Source of the DNA: Trichoplax sp. H2
Lineage: Eukaryota
DNA length: 64,000 nucleotides
NCBI GenBank assembly: GCA_003344405.1
Contig: NOWV01000026.1
Span: forward strand, 248,001-312,000
Direction: 5' to 3'
Shown one piece after another: positions 54,883 through 64,000 of this stretch. The translations under genes and the position numbers were made by a program. The notes under the pieces were generated by a model. That model made no database searches, was not told where the DNA came from, and was given only the letters and a program-made list of their open reading frames with translations. The first letter of the stretch is position 1; each line of letters begins with the position of its first letter.

Positions 54883-56822
54883 TCATTTAGATTGTTGTTC
54901 AGTAGGGAACAGTCCACCTCCAACCCTACTAGCTGCTCTTGAAGGTGCAAAACCAAGCAGCTTTTGCAAATTCTGTAAATATAGGTAAAGGAACTTAGAC
55001 GTGTATTTTTTCTTTTAATGGTATAAATATGAAATTGTGAAGATCGAATCAGCCTGAACATATTTGTCCAATGCTTCCAATCAGTTATTTTTTTGCGAAT
55101 AACATTTTCAAGAAATAAACAAACTTCTGGTTACTTTTGGTTTAATAACCTACCTGTCTAATTGACATCGTACATAGTATATAGAGAAAGATAAACGAAC
55201 AATCAGTCATATCTTGACCCATAAGATTTCTATGAGAAATTCCTTGAAAGAAAGAGTGCGGTACGAAAGGTAACTTGGCAACGACACGACCATCAAAGCT
55301 AATGTCAATGCAATAAATGGAATAGATAGTTTACGAATTTATATAGATGGCCATAGCATCATACATATTAAGACTAGCGCGAAGTATTACTCCAATTCCA
55401 CTTACACAGTATTAAACATTCCAAGAAGCGCAGTAAAGGTAAAACCAATAAAAAACATGCTCTTCATTTTCACCTATACAAAGCGTACAATGAATAAAAC
55501 GAGATTCGCTGAAATGTGCAAGATTAAGGTGGTGCATCATGATGCATTTACATTACAAGTTTAAATCTAAACCGTAATAATTACATAATTACACGTATAT
55601 AAGCTACTTACAAATGACAAATCTCGGTTATCTCCCTTTAGCTTTTCCTCGAATTTTTCTATGATAAAAAAAAGTATTAAGATGAACTAACAAGCATGCA
55701 GAGTAAAAGCCACCAAAAATGAACAACATGACTACACAGTCCTGTAGTACTAGATTTACTGTACTTCATATACAGTGTACCGAGTATCATTGCTATACTC
55801 GGTGCATTAGTGCTTTCAATAGCAATAATGAGTTATTCAGGGATTAGATTAAGAAACACGAACTGTAAGTACAGAAAGTTGTTGGTGTAATATTTATCAA
55901 GAGATTTTAAGCACTTCAATTGCTTTTCGCCTACACATGTAGGTAACAAAGTGATCGGTCAGTGAACAGGCAAACATTCAAATTTAAGTGTTTACTTGAT
56001 GTCAATTAGCAACTTGGTTGATGGAATCGCATAGCACAAATTACTGTCAAAAAACAATACCTATCTTTTTCTTTTGGCCGATTTGCTTATTGATATCAGT
56101 GGTCATTGATTCCTTCTTCTTTTCTACTGTATGATCAAAATCATAATATTTTAAGAAAATACAGAAAAATAAATTGATGATAAAAGAGCTTGGATAATTG
56201 TTGCATAGACTACACGTTATTTGTAAATACGGTACTCTGAATTTAGTATTTTGTATAATAAAACTACTTGCTGATTTAACGAAGTGAGTATTTTGTACGC
56301 GCATATGATAAGTTTGTAGCTGAAGTGGCTCGTTGTACTGGTATTATATTGTACAGTATTTCGATTGCATGTATTTTGAATACGAACATCGTTTGCATTG
56401 TCTTTCTACAGACGCCTTTAACTTTTTATACTGGTCAGTTCGATATACCAAGAGCCAAGTTAAGCCTATAACGAAAATCATTATATATAATTATCAAGAT
56501 AGATATTAAATCACAATATACAGTAGACACTATTTATGCTTTAATTTCACAATTCATACTGAAGTTCAGTAAAGTAGAACTGTATTAACAAGTAAAGTTG
56601 ATCTACTAGTAATACATTAATGGCTTACAGTTTAACTCTGGGTTTTATGCTCGTTCATTTGAACTGATAAACAATAAATTGAATTTTATCTTACAGTACA
56701 GTACTAGTTCCAATTATAATTATCTAATATGTATTATTGCATCCAAAAATTTAGCTGCTACCTTCCGACGCCAACGCAGTTAGCAGCGAAATAACCAAAA
56801 TTGTGATTGCATCTGACAACAT
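54883..56822 (-). CDS. TMCO1: TMCO1 (Oxa1-superfamily ER membrane protein), multi-exon
   Basis: Spliced translation MLSDAITILVISLLTALASEGLTWLLVYRTDQYKKLK...EEKLKGDNRDLSFVKMKSMFFIGFTFTALLGMFNTVFDGRVVAKLPFVP..GISHRNLMGQDMTDCSFIFLYILCTMSIRQNLQKLLGFAPSRAA...*. Confidence 0.96.
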
Positions 56823-56989
56823 GGCGATCAAGGGTGATAAAGATACAGATCTTTCAGGTATCCTAAAAGCGATAGAGTAGAGTATCCTGTACTCGTGTAG
56901 GTGTTCAGTCTTACAGTATGTAAAAAAGGTATCTACTGTTGGTTCGCAATACTGTGAGCAGAAGACTTTTCACTACAGCGCAGTGTACA

Positions 56990-57575
56990 CCCTATATAGT
57001 ACAGGACACATATTTTCCACATTGCCTGTATACTGGGTACAGTAGTCTGTAATTGCAGTACAAACTGGAAGGGAAGAGTAGTATTGGGAAATGTGGAAAA
57101 TATCTGTTCACTGGACACGTTGCTACACTGTACTGTACTACTGTATACTGTACTGTACTGACACAAAGTACAGTACACCAGTGTACATTGTGAGTTCATG
57201 ACCATTAGCCATACGGTACTATACTGTACAGTACAGTGTACAGTACAATACGGTACAATGTACGGTACTGTTTAGGCTTTGACTCTTTACCTCAGTACAG
57301 TACATTGTACTGGAAAGTACAGTACGATGGAAAGCGAAGTGTACTGTACAGTATTCTGCAGATTACTGTACGTCCGGACTAGACCTGATCAAACTACTGT
57401 ACAGTATGATGAAGAATAGAGACCCTTAGCCGTACAGTACAGTATATGGCTAGGTATGGCGATCACGACGGCACCTGTACAGTACAGTGTACAGTACTGT
57501 ATCTGGTAAAGTACAATACTACTGTACAGTACTGTACTGTACAGTACAGTACAGTCACTTGACCGTGTACGGTAC
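56990..57575. repeat. GTAC-core pentamer array in the TMCO1/UCK divergent intergenic region
   Basis: Dense TACTG/CAGTA runs, e.g. 57128-57180, 57215-57270, 57475-57555. Confidence 0.85.
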
Positions 57576-57720
57576 GAGTAAGAGTGAGTACACAGCCTGA
57601 GATAAGGCACATTATATATATAATTTAAGCATTTAAATTGGGTTCTCATTTCAAACTGTTCGCTGCTCAGTGATAATAATATATATATACGAGTGTACTG
57701 TAGATAGAACTAATTAATTG

Positions 57721-61019
<3,299 letters not shown>

Positions 61020-62085
61020 AATATGCACTTTATTAACAATATTTAGTTTCGTGCCATAATTTCTTGGCTCTGCAATATTATCTTATCAGCTAGCGACTTT
61101 CGGAGTCAACATTGACTCCGAATGCTATGAAAACCTGTAGTAGAAAGAGATGCAGTACGTGTCATTCTGCATTATATTAAGCTACTATGAAAGTGTCATG
61201 CTTTTATTATCGAATTAGTTGTCGTGTAATCATCAACCACTTGTTTTCTGTCACATTTTCCAGGTATATTTAATAATTGTATGAAGTATTCGACCAAAAA
61301 GTATATTTTAAGATAATCTTTTCTAATGATTATCTTAGTCCTTATTTTACAAGTTCCAATAAGATGCTAGATCTGGTAGATCTCTTGTTAAGGTATTGCT
61401 TATAGGCAGTAATTTGACCGGAGATGCTTTGAATTATTGTGACCTTTTATACCTGGGCACAATAAATTGACAGCGCTATTATGTAATAGTAGTATTGCTA
61501 GGATCTTTCAGTTGACGATGGAAAGTAACTTAAAAACGAGATTTGGCAATGGTGGCTAAAATCAAATGAATCAACATTACGTATTAATTTGATTCAAATC
61601 CATGAAGCTATAATTTTCAATGTATAACTTTATTCTCAAATTACCAGAATTTTAATATAGCTACGACAATGCATTATTATTTAATGGTTACATATAGTCA
61701 GTGTTTTAAGCGGTAACCGCTGATACCCAAATTATTCGTCATTTGCTGATTTATTATTGGGCACGATATAAGAGCAATAAAGAGATCGTATGCGTGTTAA
61801 GATACACGCAAGTCAAATTGAAATGTACATTCTTAGAAGGTTGTTGATATAAAAGGTCACGTTACAATCGTCGAGGATGACATAAGTACGTATTATACAG
61901 TATAGGGAGTGCTATGGACTACTAAATTACATTTAGTAGTCGATGGGCTACTTTAATACTAAATCATTAAATATACATGACATAAGAATAGCAACTTTCC
62001 AGAGTTGTTTATTCAAAAACGTTGATGCCGCCCAGCCGTGGTAATACATCAAAATTGTCATTTTAGAGATATTTTAACTAATATT

Positions 62086-64000
62086 TCATAGTTTTTGCAT
62101 ATTTGATCCAACTTTGCTATGGATTGACTTCAAATAGTCACTTTCACGCAACCAATTCAGTATTTCTACAATATAAAATAAAAGTATGTAACAGTCTAAC
62201 AAGGTGACTTCCCTTCAAAACCAAGTGTTAATAACTGTGAATCACCTGTTAGGTTGCGCTGATTATCTTTAGGGACTTTAGCTCTAATTCTGGTCCATTT
62301 AAAAGCCAAAGCCTCTGAAGTGCAAGACCTACATATGAATAACATAAAAGATTGAATTTAGTACTGCGTCGAATATGATAGAAAATACTCTATCATATAC
62401 CAGTGCCAATTCTTCGCTATGGTAGCCCAGTCGATGTCATTCTCAGATGTACGGTTCAATTCCGAAATTCTAGAAGATATATTCAAGTACTGCAATCACA
62501 TTCCAACAATTTTTGACTACACAATCTTTCCATAAGGGTTACATGTAAGAGCATAAAATGTTTATTGCTTGGAATTCAATCTATCTACGCTCATATACCT
62601 AAATATTAGCTTAGCGGTATCGAAGTATCCCCATTTTCTTACTTTCCCATTATTATCGCAATTAGTTGCATTTTGGTTGCTGAACAGCCTTGATATCAAT
62701 AAATGACAGGTTAATTTTTAAATCTCTAGTGACTTTCGTGGTAGTTTTAAACATACAAAAGTATTTATTGACGTTTAACAACATACCATCTAGATCTACA
62801 CTGATTTGCATTACGTGTTCCCAAATCTTTCGCGACTTGAGACCAGGGGATGCGGCATGGTCCGGAATTATTTTCGGTATGTTTCAAGACGATAGATCGT
62901 AGCTTATTGTCTTCATCTTTACTCCATTTACCTAATCGTTTTCATATCCATTATAAGATGGTTATTAGTTAGTTCATTTATTTTAATGAATTTTATGTTG
63001 AAATAATAAGCAATTGCTGATGAATTCCACAGAACCTGTATTGCATGCCATACTTTTCTGTTCCAAATATCTGATTTTGTGTTCTACCCAAATATTCGAT
63101 TGGCCGATAGCCTTAGCAATAGTTTTCCAGTCGTTACCATGAATGGCATATAAACTTGATTATAAAATTTAAAAACTAAGAGATCGCTACATGTGCAATT
63201 CATAATTCAGCTAGATACCTATGGCTTACCTATGTAATTGCACCATTTCTTCCGACGAAATCCTGTAATGCAAACATGAAACACTTGAAATAAGATCACT
63301 AAACTTTGTCGAACTTTAACCATGCTATACTGCGTACATAAATGTAGAAATGTATGTTATATAAAATTAGTCAGATTAACGTACGGTTTTCCATAAGATG
63401 GGTGATAAATTCTTAAAATGTGTCTGTATGCGGCATGCAATTCACGACAAATTCCCTGAGCTGTATAGAAATAAAAACAACTGGATGAGGATCAGTATAT
63501 TTTAACGAGTGAAATTTAACAGCAATATTGGATAGGCAATAGAAGCTATTGTAAGACATGAAAGATGGCAAGGTAATCTTGGTTAAGAATTTTCTAACAG
63601 AATTACCAAAATAGCGATACATTTCTGCTTTCGATGTCGGGGCGTCTTTCCTGTTACAAAATAGTAATTTCTCGCGATCTTGAATCCCATACTCCTGTAG
63701 TATACGTGTTATCGTATTTCAGTTCAGCAAGACGTAAAATAAGATTGTTCGTAATCCTTAGCAAATATGACCTTTCTAGCTGTGTTGATTACATAACTGT
63801 TTACTAAAATGAGCAGCCATTATGGTTTGGCTATATTTTAGGCATGGAAAAGGCTGAACATGTGCACGGATACAGACTTGAAGATTACACTATTTTTTCT
63901 TTTATTATTTTATCTATCATTAAGTATAGCATGAATTATAGAAACATAAGACCGGTTGCTTAGCTACCTTCATATAACGGTTAATATTTGCTTCGATTAA
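62086..64000 (-). CDS. DMTF1/TTF1-family Myb-repeat DNA-binding protein, 3' part; gene starts beyond the window end
   Basis: Spliced translation LIEANINRYMKEYGIQDREKLLF..MYRYFAQGICRELHAAYRHILRIYH..FSSEEMVQLHSLYAIHGNDWKTIAKAIG..CNTGKWSKDEDNKL..IPWSQVAKDLGTRNANQCR..ENDIDWATIA..FKWTRIRAKVP..EILNWL; TGA at 62088-62086. Confidence 0.88.

Overview
AT-rich, compact, intron-dense eukaryotic genomic DNA from an early-branching animal. The short GT-AG introns, single pre-duplication homologues of vertebrate gene families and TTAGGG-type repeat fit a placozoan such as Trichoplax, but this is inference only. Ten spliced protein-coding genes were reconstructed by hand with phase-consistent exons: ZZZ3 (5' partial, +), DAXX (-), WDR47 (-), SCFD2 (+), ATAT1 (+), a SynGAP/DAB2IP/RASAL2-type RasGAP (+), Flower/CACFD1 (+), TMCO1 (-), uridine-cytidine kinase (+) and a DMTF1/TTF1-type Myb protein (5' partial, -). 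Most short ORFs in the supplied track are exon fragments or artefacts. Main points of interest: (1) GTAC-core pentamer arrays (TACTG/CAGTA)n sitting upstream of gene starts; (2) a UCK with Phe at the His117 specificity position, predicted to be cytidine-selective; (3) gene content matching the MHC paralogon, including the TMCO1-UCK head-to-head pair also found in human; (4) a small element of (CCCTAA)7 framed by inverted repeats; (5) an antisense exon chain interleaved with Flower exon 1; (6) a DAXX apparently lacking its helical bundle. No tRNA, rRNA, CRISPR array or autonomous transposon was recognised.
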